Shown: positions 24,289-39,200 of the stretch, piece by piece
How positions within the stretch are numbered: position 1 is the first letter of the stretch
How the letters are laid out: every line of letters starts with the position of its first letter
Assembly (NCBI GenBank): GCA_002633005.1
Contig: NMRA01000308.1
Coordinates: forward strand, 124,001-188,000
DNA: 64,000 nt
Reading direction: 5' to 3'
Source of the DNA: Phoronis australis
Lineage: Eukaryota > Animalia > Phoronida
Made by a program: the position numbers and the translations under genes
Notes under the pieces: generated by a model
Databases searched by the model: none
What the model was told of the DNA's origin: nothing
The model's input: the letters and a program-made list of their open reading frames with translations, nothing else

Positions 24289-27200
24289 CTGGCAAAAAGT
24301 AGAGAGTACAAGAGAGATGATACCACAGGATAAGTAGACCTTATACAGTCAATAATCACCTGAACATCTGGGTACAGAAACAGGAAGATGTTTTCAAGTA
24401 AGAAGAATGAACCGTACATTTAATCTTGGAATTACAGATGTAAAGGACTATTGCTACAATGGCAATGGTCGGATATAACGCACCTGCATTTTGAGAACCA
24501 GTTTTCTCCACTGAATAATGGGCATCAAACTGGTTCTCAAAATGTGGACACATTACAACCGATTATTGCCGTTAAAACAACAATTACAATCAGTCACCCT
24601 TTTACATACTGAAGTCCAAGGTACATTGCCACCTTTTAATTAAAACTAATACCATGTGAAGAGTATAACATGAAGAATCTTATAATAAATGTTAACTTGA
24701 TATTGAACAACTACATCAGTTTCAGCAGATCTTGTCATTACTTGTAATTGTTTTTCTTCAAGTAGTCAATAATTGCTGGTCTGATCCTAGCCTGGCCTCC
24801 TCGACTGTTGTTACCCCGGCCAGTGATCACCTCAATGGACATCCTGCGCTTGTCTGGTCGAATGGCCAATTCTAAGTAAACAAAGTCAAGACTAGAGCTC
24901 CATATTAACCATACATTACAGTTCACAAATAGTTCAGAGATTGCAAGGGCACACATCATCTAAAGTTGCAAATCCGATCACAGCTACGACAGCCACACGG
25001 ACATTATTGCAAAGGCAACACAGCATTTTATGTGAGAGCAAAACACTGTTTATGACATAAACGCCCACCTTCATAACCACGTTCAGGGCTTGGAATGACC
25101 CATGACAAATGAAGAGGAAAATTTTATGGCCCTAAATACACATTTCAATCTAAATCATACCTCAACAGATCGAAAGTTACTATGTCGTGTTGGCAAAACA
25201 CACTCATCTTAAGCAGTACTTGATATCTATTTCAGCAACAACAATGAAGGCAATTATATGCAACAAAAAATCTTTTTTAAAATTACAATAATAACGATAA
25301 TGATGAAAAATTTGCAGTCTGAGTGGCAGGAGCTTTCTTGATTTGTTGCACCAAGGGAGACCAATAAAATTATTTTTAATTCTTATAATTATGATACAAA
25401 ATTACACAAAAAATGAAAATCGATCCATATATTATTTAGAAAGCCTGAAGTACGTACACATTTAATTACAACAAAAATTTTAATTCCAATGCAAATGAAA
25501 AAAATTCAAGACGAAAACCTGTGGCTCATACTCCAACTGTTAGCATGGAAAAATGAAAGTCAAAAAGAACATAGTTTATAGAATGTATCAAACACATTCC
25601 TAAGTTGGCCAAACAGTAATTACAGGAGTTAATTGTACATAAGCCACGCTGGTGGAGAAGAAACTATGTGACATAAGCGAGGACACTGAAAATAGTCTGG
25701 CAGAATTTGTAAACAATGGCTTAGACCAATCAGATCATTCAGAATCTGTCATGTGATCACTTCTCTAAAACTGCAAAACTCCAGTCACAAATTAGAACAC
25801 TAAAAATGTAAAAATAAATTGAAATACATAAAAGGCAATTTAAACGCATTTGCAGTAACGAAAATAGGACTTTGTATCCAGTTTCGGCGGCACGTAGAAA
25901 ATCGCACTCAAGCGGTCAGGCCTAGACTTAGGCTTAGGGCTTAGCTTAGCAGCCAAAGGCAATGGGCGTGCATGTGGGATCAAACAAAAGAATTTCATAC
26001 ATCACTCACATCCCACGATTCCAATCCAACGAATAACCGGTTACGGTTGAATCTCCCTTCAGGAGGCGTTTTTATTTCTAGTGTTTCATCGTTTCCAGTC
26101 GGTCCTCCGACTCCAACTTAGTCCAAGGCGACTCAACGACGCACTCCGTAATTGTTCCTCTCTCAAAACTTACAGATCACAAACCTTGACTTACGTTGTT
26201 TGTGAAGACATTGACCATTTCTTTTATCCACTTTTCCATGAAATATTCTGTTTACTCCACGCTCCACGCATTTTGACCGCAGAATCGCACTATTTGTCAC
26301 CGCGATTTTATACCAAATGGAGACGCCATTGATGAACCACGCAATCCCAGACACAGGCACTTGAATTTATCTGTTCCTCGATTGCCTCTGATGTCACTCA
26401 CTAATAAGAAAGCATGTTTCTTGTATATGGTTATGAGTCATCGCGAAATTCCAGTGCCTGTGATCCACAATTACAATTTTCGTTCCTCCGAAATATAAAA
26501 AGCAGTTTCTGCTTTTCGTGCCGTTGGCAACGCCGCGGTGAGAAACCAATTTGACACGATAATTTTATGGCAAATCCTATTTTTTACGCGGAAGTATAAC
26601 GAAAATACGTGAAGGGAATAAAAGAAAAAAGCGTAAATCCGCGTTTCCGCGGAAAATTCCAAGCCTTGCACGTTAGTGAATTCTTTGCCTGGTGGTAATA
26701 ATGATTATGTTTGTCTCTTGTATATTGACAGCTCATTGCAATCAATGTACAGTAATGATAGTGTCACTGATTGAAGAACTCACCTTCTTTTCTAACAGTC
26801 AAGACACTATGCAGAACTTCTATAGACTCGGCAACATGCAGACCATGCATGTCTATTACATTGGCCTGGTTTAGGGCAACATTTCTGAAAATTAAAGAAC
26901 ATGCCATTTACCAGTTTTCATATCTACAATGAAAACTCCTTCACTAAGTCAGTCTCACAACATAGAAATTTATCAGAAGAGACAAAAAAAAATTTTACAG
27001 TAGTTTTTAAATACAACACAAGAAGACTATTCCTACTACTTTTATATCTTGTGAAATTTACATTTAGACAACTGTTTCAAAACCAATGATGCGATCCCAT
27101 TAGAAATTTTCCATTGAGATTATTTAAACATCAGCTTGCTGTAATTTGAACCACTAATAATTACATCAATGACTTAATTAAAGGAAAAATCTGAGAAACA

Positions 27201-30200
27201 AACTTTGTCTCCAAGATTTTTTGCGCCGCTCTGATGTTAGCCTGGCGTATTTTCTCCGTGTGAAGGCGACCTTGTTGTGCATAGAACACTGCAACCTGCA
27301 GAAGAATATAAACAAAATAATGTTCTGAGCCAACAGCGACAGGGCATACAATATTACACTGGAATTAAAGCCATATAAGGCATTTTCCCAATTCCAAGCT
27401 TCGTAATACAAACTTTGGGATTTCTGTAGTTCCCAGTAAAACTGTTTTCATATTTCAGGTGTATTTTGTTAACATCTTATGGGACATCCTACACGTGTCA
27501 GTGGCGGATTTAGAGGGGGGCCAAGGGGGCCATGGACCCCCCTAAAATTCTCCCAGATTCCATGAAGCAGTTCGGAGGTGCGAATGTCTGACAGGCAAAA
27601 TCCTGGCTAATATGCTGCCCTGCCCCCCCCCCAACTCAAAATCCTGGATCCGCCCCTGGGTGTACAAGTGTTTGAAGTAGTTAAGTCACCAATTCTACAG
27701 AATTATCTAATATGGCGAACACGGATTACAAGGCGACAGAACACTCCTTTGTCCCAGAGATAAGAAAGCGTGTGACATTTTTGTGTCTCTCAATGATGTC
27801 GGGAAGGCAAAGAATTTCAAATCACACATCCACAGGTATTTGTCCAGTTTATCAAACTTTCTCATACACGAGTTGTAGCCCACAGCACAGCGATAACATT
27901 TTGTTGGCATTGGAAGGACGGATAGAGTAATGCAACCATGGAAAGCCATGGAAACTCCAAAGGCCTGAAAACAAGGCAGAAATTGTGCCTGACAGACGTT
28001 TACAGCATTGTGGGTAAATACAGTGAGATTTGAGTGTTGTTGTGTAATCTGGGACGGCCCTATTGTAGAAAGTCATGCATACAAAATAAGTTATACGATG
28101 ATCAATCTTAAGGACATTAGGATTTAAAGTTTCCTGAACGACATCGCAAGCTTGAAATTCACAAGGTGGTGCTAGTGAGAATGGACAGTTGTGTATTTAG
28201 TTAGTGGAGGGGGACTCTTAGTCCATAAACACCCACATATTACAGAAAAAGGTTATTGTTCTCAAATCTATTCAGACAACAAAAAGAGTACCCGACTGTT
28301 GTAGTATAGTATTACTATGTAGTGTAGTCATATATTGCTGTGAATGAAGTAGTTCTCTCGGTACTTAGTCTTCAGTACTTAGTCTTCAAACATAAACCTA
28401 CTGTCCTGAACCTGGTGTCTTCATTATTGCCTCTAACCGGCCAAATAATACTTCACTGACTCTTCATAACTACAAGCTACATAATATCAAGTCAGTTTCC
28501 CATTGGCTACTGAACAATACAAATTCTAGGTGCATGTAAAAGTGCTCACCTCTTTCATGCCTCGTCGATGGGCCTCTTGTGCCTTGTTGAAACATTCCTG
28601 TCTCTGCTTGAAATGTAAGTTCGCCTCTCCTCTGTAATCTTCATAGTCCGGCTCAGTAAATGACTGGTAATAGTCCTGCGAATGAAGCAAAAGTCAACAT
28701 CAACTTCAATCTTCCGAAACCCAAAAACGAAACTGGGAAAAATGCTTTTCTTACAGCGGGCCCTATTTACAAAACAATCTCCCTGCAGATGCCAAATGCA
28801 CCATCCTTGATAACCTTTAAAAGAATTATAAGAAATTGATTTAACTTCATGTAGATGTGTTCTGTTTAGCAAATTTACATTCAGTATCCCCATATCAGAC
28901 TATTTATATTCACTGTGTATATAATGTGTATGTTTGTGTATGCTGTTGACTTGTGCATTCATGTGTGTGTATGTATGTATGTATGTAATAATGTATGTAT
29001 GTTTTTTTTGTGTGTAAGAGTGCATGTGTGTACAAGCGAGTATATTTATGTCTTACTTTTATTAATTATTTATTGTCTGTTTTTAATTATTCATATTTTA
29101 GTTAATTTTTTTTAATTGCAGGCGGTCTGATACACGTTGTACCAGATGTGCGCAGGCCTTGCATGTGGGCCCATTGCACTGATCACCTGGAAATATTTTT
29201 ATGCTTTATTAATATATGGTTAAAACCGAGCTGAGGAGCTAGAAACCTGGCTCAAGGGTTTAGCAGTGTGACCTGGTGGGACTTGAACCCACGACCTCGA
29301 GTAAAGAAAGCGGGCACTTATCAACCAGGCCACACTGCCTCCTTATTTTAGTTAATCATCTTATCTTACTTTCTTTACCTTCCATTTATCAATTTTAATT
29401 TTGTTTCATCGGTTTTTCCATGTTAATTTCTTATTCTTTATTGATTATTTAAATATTGTCTTTCATTTTGTAATTCTGTTAGTTTGTCTTACTGTCTGTA
29501 TGTTTTTACTGAGGACCCCATGGAAAGCAGTGTGAACTGTTGGGGCTACCTTCATTGTAAATATTACATAAATAAATAAGTAAATAAATCATGATATGGC
29601 TAAGTAAATGACTCGTAATACTCCTGTGAATGATGCATAAGTCAACCTCATGACATAGAGTCCATCAATACTCATAATAAGGGGAACATTTTTCAATAGT
29701 TTCATTTGCACTGTACATGTACAAAGGTAGTTTTGGCTGATAATAATTCATCATAAAATGTCATTCAATATATGTATTCAAGTGAATCATTTATATGAAT
29801 TCATACAGATCAATCGATTTATTTCTGTAATAAAGGTCATAGGGTCATTGTTCAAAGGGACAACATGTAACATACTAGGAGTGCAGCAAGCTTTCAAAGA
29901 AAAGCATTTAGGTTAACTAATTTAGCAGCATCACTTGTTGACATTAATCTATTGAACTTGAAAACAGACGGAAAACACCAGTAATACTGCTTCATATAAT
30001 TTTGTCTCAATTCAGAATATTTATCACAGCTTAGAAGGAAATGACACTAGTCTTCCATAACACTGAGGCAGATGGGACACACCATGTTTGGGGCAGTAGG
30101 GACACACTCTGTTTGGGGCAGTAGGGACACACCATGTTTGGGGCAGTAGGGACACACTATGTTTGCCTTATCCAAAATTCAAGTGCCTGCCAACTTCATG

Positions 30201-33200
30201 CAAACTTCAACCATGATAATTACTTGGCAGAATTCTTCAAATTCCGACAAGTATGTTGTTTTTATACATTTTTGCGTCACTAATCAATGATAAAGTAACA
30301 AGAGGTGTTCCATGAAAACTTCTATGACTGACGATCATTTATTGATTAACTCTAATATGAATCCATATCAACCAAAATGGAGGTGTATACCTATTCTTTA
30401 ACTATTCAGCACAAAATATGATGGGCAAGTGGAAAAGGAAAAAAGGAAATTTTGGAGCTTCATGGGATTTTACTGAAAACAGTACATTTGAAATGGTTAA
30501 TAGTCAACATCATCATACTAGAGTACTTAGCAAGTACTGGGTGCACTCACCTGGGCTCTAATTGTAAGTACAACTTGACAAAATTAAAATATTCCACCAC
30601 AGTTCAAATATCTTATGAAAGCCACAAAAAGTCACGCCTGGATGAACACATTTCAAACAAAACAGTTTGTGGATAGCAACATGCCAACATGACTCAACCA
30701 AGTTTACTTTTATTAGTTAATATGTTTATAAAATTAATTGTCACAACATCATTCCTGAATCTGAAAGTGTTAAAACAGGCATGTCTCACTCCTGAATCTG
30801 AAAGTGTTAAAACAGGCATGTCTCACTTGTTAACTTCATTGTTATCAAACATGATGAAAGATGAGAACCCCCAAAGCCATTGAAAATCAAACAAAATTAT
30901 CTGAATTTTAACTCCAATAATACCTTTATTCATGGCATTTTTCACACCAGTATAAAATATATGTTAAACTTTACAAGTTAAAAGTTGGTCACTGAACCGT
31001 CACTAGTACGGTTCATTTGAACCCATCCTCTAACACAATAGGTAGACAAGCAGGAAATAATTTAAAACAACTGCAAAATAATGTCACTAAAAATAAAATT
31101 TGTAGTGGATATTGGGCAAGATTTATATCTTAACAATAACCCAGACTGACACATTTAAACAAAAATAAACCTCGCATTTCACAACTTTTACCACAACTGA
31201 AACTGCAGGGACAGGTGTGAGGTACAACAATGTCTACCTGTAGAAGTCTGGTGCTTCTTATAGTATTCAGCATAACCATGGTAACGGATGGATACAGGAT
31301 GGCATCATGGCACATCAACAACTTTGGCACAAAGAAGATGGAAGATCCAATGACGATAGGAGTGATCGTCGATGTAGGTTTTATCACTAAGTGCATTTTT
31401 AACAAGGAAATTTAAGCAGTGTTGTTCGATTGCCTTGTCACTTATTGTGGCCTACATCAGTTTTTCAATGATTATTAAATACCAAGTACACAAGATGAAA
31501 TTTTTAAAATTGATATGGGAATTTCGAACCAGTGAGATCTTTACACACTATAAAGTTTTACATAGAAAGGTCCTGAATGTATATAAAGCCCCAGTCCAAT
31601 ACAGGTGGCGGGTCAACACGGACCACATCCAGCAAGATCGGGCATATGAACCATGATGGTCTGCGGTGATCCGTTGGTCCTGGAACATATGGAAAGGCCC
31701 TTGGACCTCCAGGAGGCCAATAAGGAAATTTTGTAAAGTTCAAAACTGCCACGTTCATCCATGACGGATCGGGGAGATGACGATATCCGGGCTGGTCCAT
31801 GTAACTCAAGCATAGAGTCCAAGGGCAGCCATAGCTCTTCCTAAATTGTCCGTATGAGTCCTTGCAGACCGAGAAGACTTTTAGACCCATGACAGCAGAG
31901 GTATGGTTGTCCTCGAACCCTACATGGTGGCTACACAAAGCACATCCGTACAGTTAGATTTTCAGGGCTACCATCACAAATTAATTTGGAGGTACTATGG
32001 AGACTGCTAACAGTACTACGGAGACTGTGCTAACAGTTCTACAGAGACTGTGCTAACAGTACTACGGAGACTGTGCTAACAGACAAACACTGTGAATACG
32101 TAGACTATCATCAAAGTTTGCCTGGATCATACATGTAGCTTCCGTGTTGACACCAGCACGACCGTCGAAGCTTGAAAAGAAAGCCCACAATGATCACAGA
32201 TGATCCCTACTTGATCCAGCACTTTGTGGCAATGCTGTGTTCATCCATATTGATATGGAGCTGGGGATTAAGGAAAACGGCATTTCCGAAACCAAAAATG
32301 AAAAATGCCAGGAATTTCTGCTAGTAAGAGTCAACAAATAACTAATTTTTCTCATATTCCCAAATATAACCCTCGATCTACAAATGGGTCTGAAGTGGAA
32401 TACATTTGGAGCAAAATGTGACTGAAACCCTGTTTTTACATTGTAGGTTATGAGCCGGTATGACTTAGTTTTCATACAAGGAATCAAAGATAACAGTGAA
32501 AGGGACATGTCTGATTTGAGACAGATGTTGAACCAGTGAGTATACACTTCATGACCGGAATAAAACAAATGTACAAAAAAACATCCCACATCCCGCTAAT
32601 TAAATCCGCATTTCAAGGTACTGTCAGTTCTTTCCACTCAAAACAGTAGCCATGGGGTACCCCATTTGTAAATCTATAGTGAATTCTTGATAAATAGCTC
32701 ACTATTTAGCTACATAGATTGCAAAATTTTGTTGTTTGAAATTTGTATTTTAGTACACATTCGTAATATTAAGAAATAGTAACTAATTAGCAAAATAGCA
32801 TACAATTTACGGTAAATAGCAAGTATTCTTGACAAAAAATTGACATGTAGCTTGATCACCACAGGAGGCAGTCATCTTTTTAGGATACAGTGCTTTCAAA
32901 TCTGGAGCGATTTTGTGCCTGGTTAAAATGAACAAATGAAAGCCATGTTCATTCCAAGAGTTAGAATTGTGTCCCACATCTATATAGTTTTGTACAACAC
33001 CTTAAGGTACGTGTATACACTGATCAAATCTCCAGGTTCCTAACTAAAATGAGTAAAAAGGAGTTTTAAGTAGTTAGACATGACTCTGAAAGTGACAAAA
33101 ATCGAAAAAAAGTTTTTTTTGTAGTTCGTTTTTTTAAAAAATCGTATTTTTTAATTTTCAACAAATTCAATTTTACCTAGATTTTTTTTTTCAAAATGCA

Positions 33201-36200
33201 CAGGGATCACCATCAACTATTTCCTTACGCAATATTCTACTTATCCATACCAAATATATGTACAAAATCATTATGATCTTGATTTTGTGGCATTTTTTTT
33301 GTGTGTGAGTTGGGGCAAGCACGCCACTTTTTGTCATTTGGTCACTTTCCGTCTAATAACTAAAAATCTGGTCCATTTATCAAAAAAACCCTGGCACGCG
33401 ATTTTACTTCAGTCCAAGAGGATTTCAAATTTGCAACTTTCGTTAAAATTGACCCACGTGTTGTGGAAAAATAGGCCCGAGAATCGTGTCACTATCCTGA
33501 AATCACGAGCCGAGAAAAACGGCTTTGAAGTTAAGCAGTCATCGATTGCCACTTGAGATCAAATTTCGTTCAGAATGCGTGGTCATTATGTTCCAATTTT
33601 TGTTGAAGTACTAGAAATAAAGCTGATATTTACTTCATATTTAGAAAATGTGACATACCTGTTTGTTTACAGCGTAATTTTAATCATTTTTTCGAACTTG
33701 TGATGCACGACAGACGACCAAAACAAATATGGCTGTCACGTGGGCGGAGCTTAGCGTTGATCTATTGTCTGCTGTACTGGTGTGCCGACCACCATGTGTT
33801 GATTGTTTATACGATTCATCTGAACTCTCCACTCAGTTTGTAAAAGACTCTCTAACTATATTACACAGACCTATTTGTTAGTATTCCAATATTATCATCA
33901 ACCAATATATGTGTTATATCAAATCGCCGCGTTACTGCCTACATAACAATATTGGCGACGAGGATAAAGAACTACTTTCATAGTAATGGTTCAACATTTT
34001 TACGTGCCTGTACCGAATGGACTTTGGGATAAGAAAATATCACTTTCTGCGCAAATAGCGCCGCTTGGGTGAGATTCTCAAGTTACTAAAGTTTCTTATA
34101 TTGCTTTCCTCTAAAATCGTATAATATCATGAGTTTTAATTCAGGGTTACGTTTGAATCTATGCACTAGAAAATTTTTTGTTATGTTGAACACTGGGTCA
34201 TTTCTCTAATTCTTTGGGTTACGGCCAGTGGCAAGTTAAAAATCCTCTGGGTTTGACAGCCTAGTTTCTCCACGGCACGTTCCCAGCACAGAAGCACGGT
34301 TTATCTGCGAAGACTCTACTCTGACGGCATGTAGTTGTCCATGTGTCGCGCGCGCGGCTTGTCTTCACAGCGCGTGTATGCACTCTCACCGAATCGTGCA
34401 ACACCACCCACGTCGACACTCAGCGTCCTCTCGCAAGACAACTGACCTTATATTACCGACTTCTCTTATACATGCACAATTTCTGCACGGACTCCTCAAG
34501 CTGAGTGCAGTGATGGCTTCGGTAGGGCTTGGCGTACTCAACTTAATTTTTTTGCAGATAGACAAACAGGCTCAGGCTCGGAACAGGAGCTAGTTCACCA
34601 TTTCACTACTAACTTTCACATGGTCAAAAATAGAATTGTTTTATTCTTGGTCTTGCTACAACACCAATATCAGCTGGTACATCACTCTCGATTGCCCGGT
34701 TACGCAATGCTTGTTGACAGGGTTAGATTAGAGCTAGTGTCCTTGTATATAAGCTCCGCCCCAGTTGTCAATCACTGAGCTGGTGAGCAGTCAAGCCATA
34801 TGACTTACTGAGGCTTGGTCAAATATAGCTAAAAAACAACTTTGGATTTTCAGAATGATTTTATTTTTCTTCAGTATACTGTGCATCAAGAATTAAAAAT
34901 TAAGATGATATGAAAATGTAAAAAACAGTCAAAATTAATTTTTTTGTGTATCCACCTACCTTAAAACATGGCCATATCTCATCAAGAAATTGTTGAACAT
35001 GCTATGTAATTTAGACTAAATTTCGAAATTTCAGAAATGTGTAATATATTACAAATGCATAACAGCAGGCTATTTGAATATAACTTCCTATTTCACTAAG
35101 TAGTAAACTTTTACAAATAACATAAATTCACAAGAAAAATCTTTCAAATGATATAACAAGGTATTTTAATCAATTTAAACTTGTTTTATTTACCTAAACA
35201 AATAGTGCCTCTCAGAGATAACATACAAAAACAAATACCGCTAAAAATATAACTGCCACTACACCTTTCAATAAAGACAGAAAATGATCGATGAAAAATT
35301 ATTATATCCATTACTTTTGAAATCATTTATCAAATGGCTATTAAACCAAGCTGTCTGAAATGGTCACAATTAAAATCCACTTTACAAACCTGAGTATAAG
35401 CTTGATAGAATGGCCCAAGTCTACAACAGGCCATTCACTATCATGAAAGCAATGTCCCATCTATAGCTGAGAATAGTCACTAACAGAGACTCCGCAGTTT
35501 GAGAACCAGTTTTCTCCACAAAATAGCCACCATCAAACTGGTTCTCAAAATCTGAGACTATTGTAATTAACTAATGCCACAGCTGCTATAAAAAAGTCAC
35601 CATTTCGGGGAGAGGTCTATTGCCCATAGCATAAATCTTATTCTGTCGATATTAACGCTACTGAATTGAAATTTCATAAAAAACCCTTAAACTGCAACCC
35701 TTTTTAACCCAACAAATATGAATAGAATGTGAAACCCTTCAGAGAAATTATGTTAAAAAGGGACCCATTTGAAGAGCTCCTAAGCAAAAACGAACACTTC
35801 GTAAGGAGTTTAAGAAAATTTCTATTACCTTCAATATGCGGAACTTAATAAACCTAACATCAGTTTATTTTCTCCAGGAAGTTTGACTCTAAAGTTCGCT
35901 ATGGTCTAAGGGAGTCACTTAAAGTTGGACAAAGCAATGAAACTCGAGAACAGTATGCAATATTTTTCAGGTAAGCCATAAATAAGATGTCAAATGATAT
36001 GTACTTAAATAGAGAATGCTACACGGGTCTTAGTTTTATGACAAGAGGCAAAACATCTTGCCATGTCATAAATCTGAGATGAATGTAGGATTTGCTTTCT
36101 CACATGAACCATAAAAACGATCATTTTAGCTGAAAAACTCCACATGTCTAAAACTTTCAGCCACATGACGCAACTTTCGTAAAAACATGTTTGCGCAATG

Positions 36201-39200
36201 TAAAGTAATTCAGTTGCTTTTTGATAATAGTTTTATTTTAAGCTTAACAATTGTTAATTACATTTCAGCTTTTGTAGCAAATATTGAAGTTAGAATCATC
36301 AATAGTCTTTGAAGTTATAATACTAAAATTTAAAAAATGTTGATAAATAACAGTCAGCAAGGCTTCTCTGCGCATGAGCACTGAATTGACCTTGAGACAG
36401 CGCACCTACACAGTCTCGCTGCATTTCCTGAGTTGAGGCTCGTCTCCGTTTAAATGAACCTAGATATGAAATTTGCCGCCAAAGATGGGTCCGGTTAAGA
36501 AGTTGTTTGCATTGTCCTTCCGACTGGGAGTACATACAGTTGCGACACCAGATTTGTCGAACATAACCTTGTCACCTTCTCGGAATTACGGCATTGTTTG
36601 GTTGGTGCACGTTTGGTTGTTTTAGTGTTTTTCGGAGGATAAAATGTAAGGCCTATGGATTTCTACTTTGTACTACTTTGTGATTTTCTCATGTAATACC
36701 AAAACAATTATGTACTCGGTGTTATTAACCAGTCTTGACGTAACACATTCCAGGTCATTCAAGAAAATTGCAACAACTGGATTGTGGCATTCTTCATCGT
36801 TAGTTTTAAACAAACAGGGAAGAATTCGTACCAGTAAACTAATTGTAATAAAAATTTCATAGTTTGAATTAAAAAATTAGCAATACTGTCACACTTCAAG
36901 ACGATCAATTCTCATCATAAATGCTTTGAGAAAAGCCATAGAGTAAGAGTTGAGCGATTAACTAACAGACCTCGTAATTCATTGTACGCACAAAGCAATG
37001 TACACAGAGGGCACAAAGTTTACCTATTTTAAATACAAGGCAAATTTAATTTCATAAATTTCTTAAAAATAAATAGGAAAACTTGATTTCATTATGAAAT
37101 CAAGTATATATTACACGGATATCATCAACAAACAAATGGCAAAATTCAGAGCTTTTCCTCAACGCTCTTTAGTTTTTGAAAAACTTGTAAAATGTCAGTC
37201 AACTTCAGCAATTAATTTTATTCAAATTTGAGGATTGAAACTTTTACAGAAGATTACATTGAGCAAAAGACAATGTGTTTCTTCACCAATTTACTCCACA
37301 ATACGAAAATACAATGAGAAAATATTGGGAAATTTCTCCAAAAATTGAAAATTTTAATAATTGAAATTCTACTTCTTCCTTCACAACCTTGCTTGTATTG
37401 TACGGTAGTTGCAAATGACCATTGGTCAACTTTTGGCTAATGCTAGAATAGACGTTAGCCTTTGAAATAATGATTAATAAATGCCTTCCAGAAAGGACAC
37501 CAATGCAGATATAGAGGAAACTATGGTCTATGACAAGGGTGATGGAGCATTTGAAAGGGCTCCATATGTAGCAAGGGTTAAGTCGAAGAAATTTGAAGGT
37601 AATCATACTTATATCGTAGAATTACATTGTTCTTAACTGTGTGATTAGTTGACTGACAGTGAGTCTGGTACAAAGTGACATTACAAAAGCCAATGAAACT
37701 TTTTTAACTGTAAGGCAGTCATCCTTAATAAAAAACCAATATTATTCAATTCGTAATAAAAAAATGTGTATTATATTTGCTGCATATTCCTAGATTAGAA
37801 ACATTGCCTAATACCGCTTTCATTCCCAAAGTTGCTTTAAAGACTTCCAAAATGTAATATGACTGACCTTTCAGTGGACTTTTTACAGACAGCATTACAA
37901 CATAATCTGTCCAAGTCTACTTAAGTACACAACTAGATTGTTTTTTAATACACTGAGTTGGTGTTATTAATTATCCATGATAAACGAATGGAGTGAAAGG
38001 AATTCATTGATTGGTTCACTTGGAGAGATTCAATGGAATGAAAGGAGTTCATTGATTGGTTCAATTGTAGAGATTCAATGGAATGAAAGGAGTTCATTGA
38101 TTGGTTCAATTGTAGAGATTCAATGGAGTGAAAGGAATTCATTGATTGGTTCACTTGGAGAGATTCAATGGAGTGAAAGGAGTTCATTGATTGGTTCAAT
38201 TGGAGAGATTCATCGCCACTATGGTTAACTTGATTTACTTCACTTTGAGTTTGATTTCGGCTTGACCTAATTAGTGCTATGCGGGTCTTCAAGAGACAGT
38301 TACTCTCTCATTGCAGGTCTTAGTGAATTCGCTGTCATCAGCATTCATGTGAACTCAGAGAAAGTCATCGAAGAGCTGAACCATTTACCTAGAGTAGTGG
38401 ATCTGGTGATGAAGAAATGGGGAATCGGTGATGTCATGATTGTGGGGGACATGGGGGCGGATTGTGAATACATATCAGGGAATGAATGGACCAAAGTGAC
38501 TATGAGTAGTGACACCAGTTACCTGTGGCTGATCGATGATGACGCAGACACAGCTGTTGGCAAGGAGAATTGTGCATATGACAGGTGTAGTATTAATATG
38601 TACCATGAAACCTGGCATGAAAGGCTACTGATGATGTCATTATAAATGAAATAATGTGTTTTGGAAACGTGAAAATGCAACAACCACAAATACAAGGCAA
38701 TGGCCTTATATTTGAATATAAGGACAATGTTCCTAGAAGAGTGTAATGACCACAGATATATTCAGCAAGGCACACATTCAAATATAAGGCCACAGCTGTA
38801 CATACCAGGTTTTAAAGTACAATATTACAACAACCACACTTGGTAACCAGCATTCAGGCAAAAACACAATTTAGGACAAAAATAGAATGTCATTACCTGG
38901 TATTATACAAAAAATAAATATCAAGTTTTATCTCATTGCTGGGATTGTTTGTATAACTGTTTTAAAAACTCACAATGATTAAGTGTGCATAACCAGATTT
39001 CTTATGAAAGGCAGCGAGAGACGAAACATGGTCGTGAGGGATGCAATGTTGTAGGACTGCGTTGTTTTTACATGTGCTGTTTTAGAATAATAGTACGAGG
39101 TGCTAAACTGGCGGCAGCTATCAAGACTGACAGTGCCAAGGCGTTCAACTTCAAGAGACCCCACGGACTGAAAACCAGTTCAGTAAGTTTGGTTGGTTAG

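Noticed and set aside
29270-29343. tRNA gene candidate on - strand
   Set aside because: A and B boxes are present but there is no convincing cloverleaf; a body, A tail and TSD follow, so it is a SINE.
31558-31938. GC-richer 126-aa - strand ORF in DNase intron 1
   Set aside because: No recognisable domain, and not needed for N4BP2 exon phase continuity; probably a repeat remnant.
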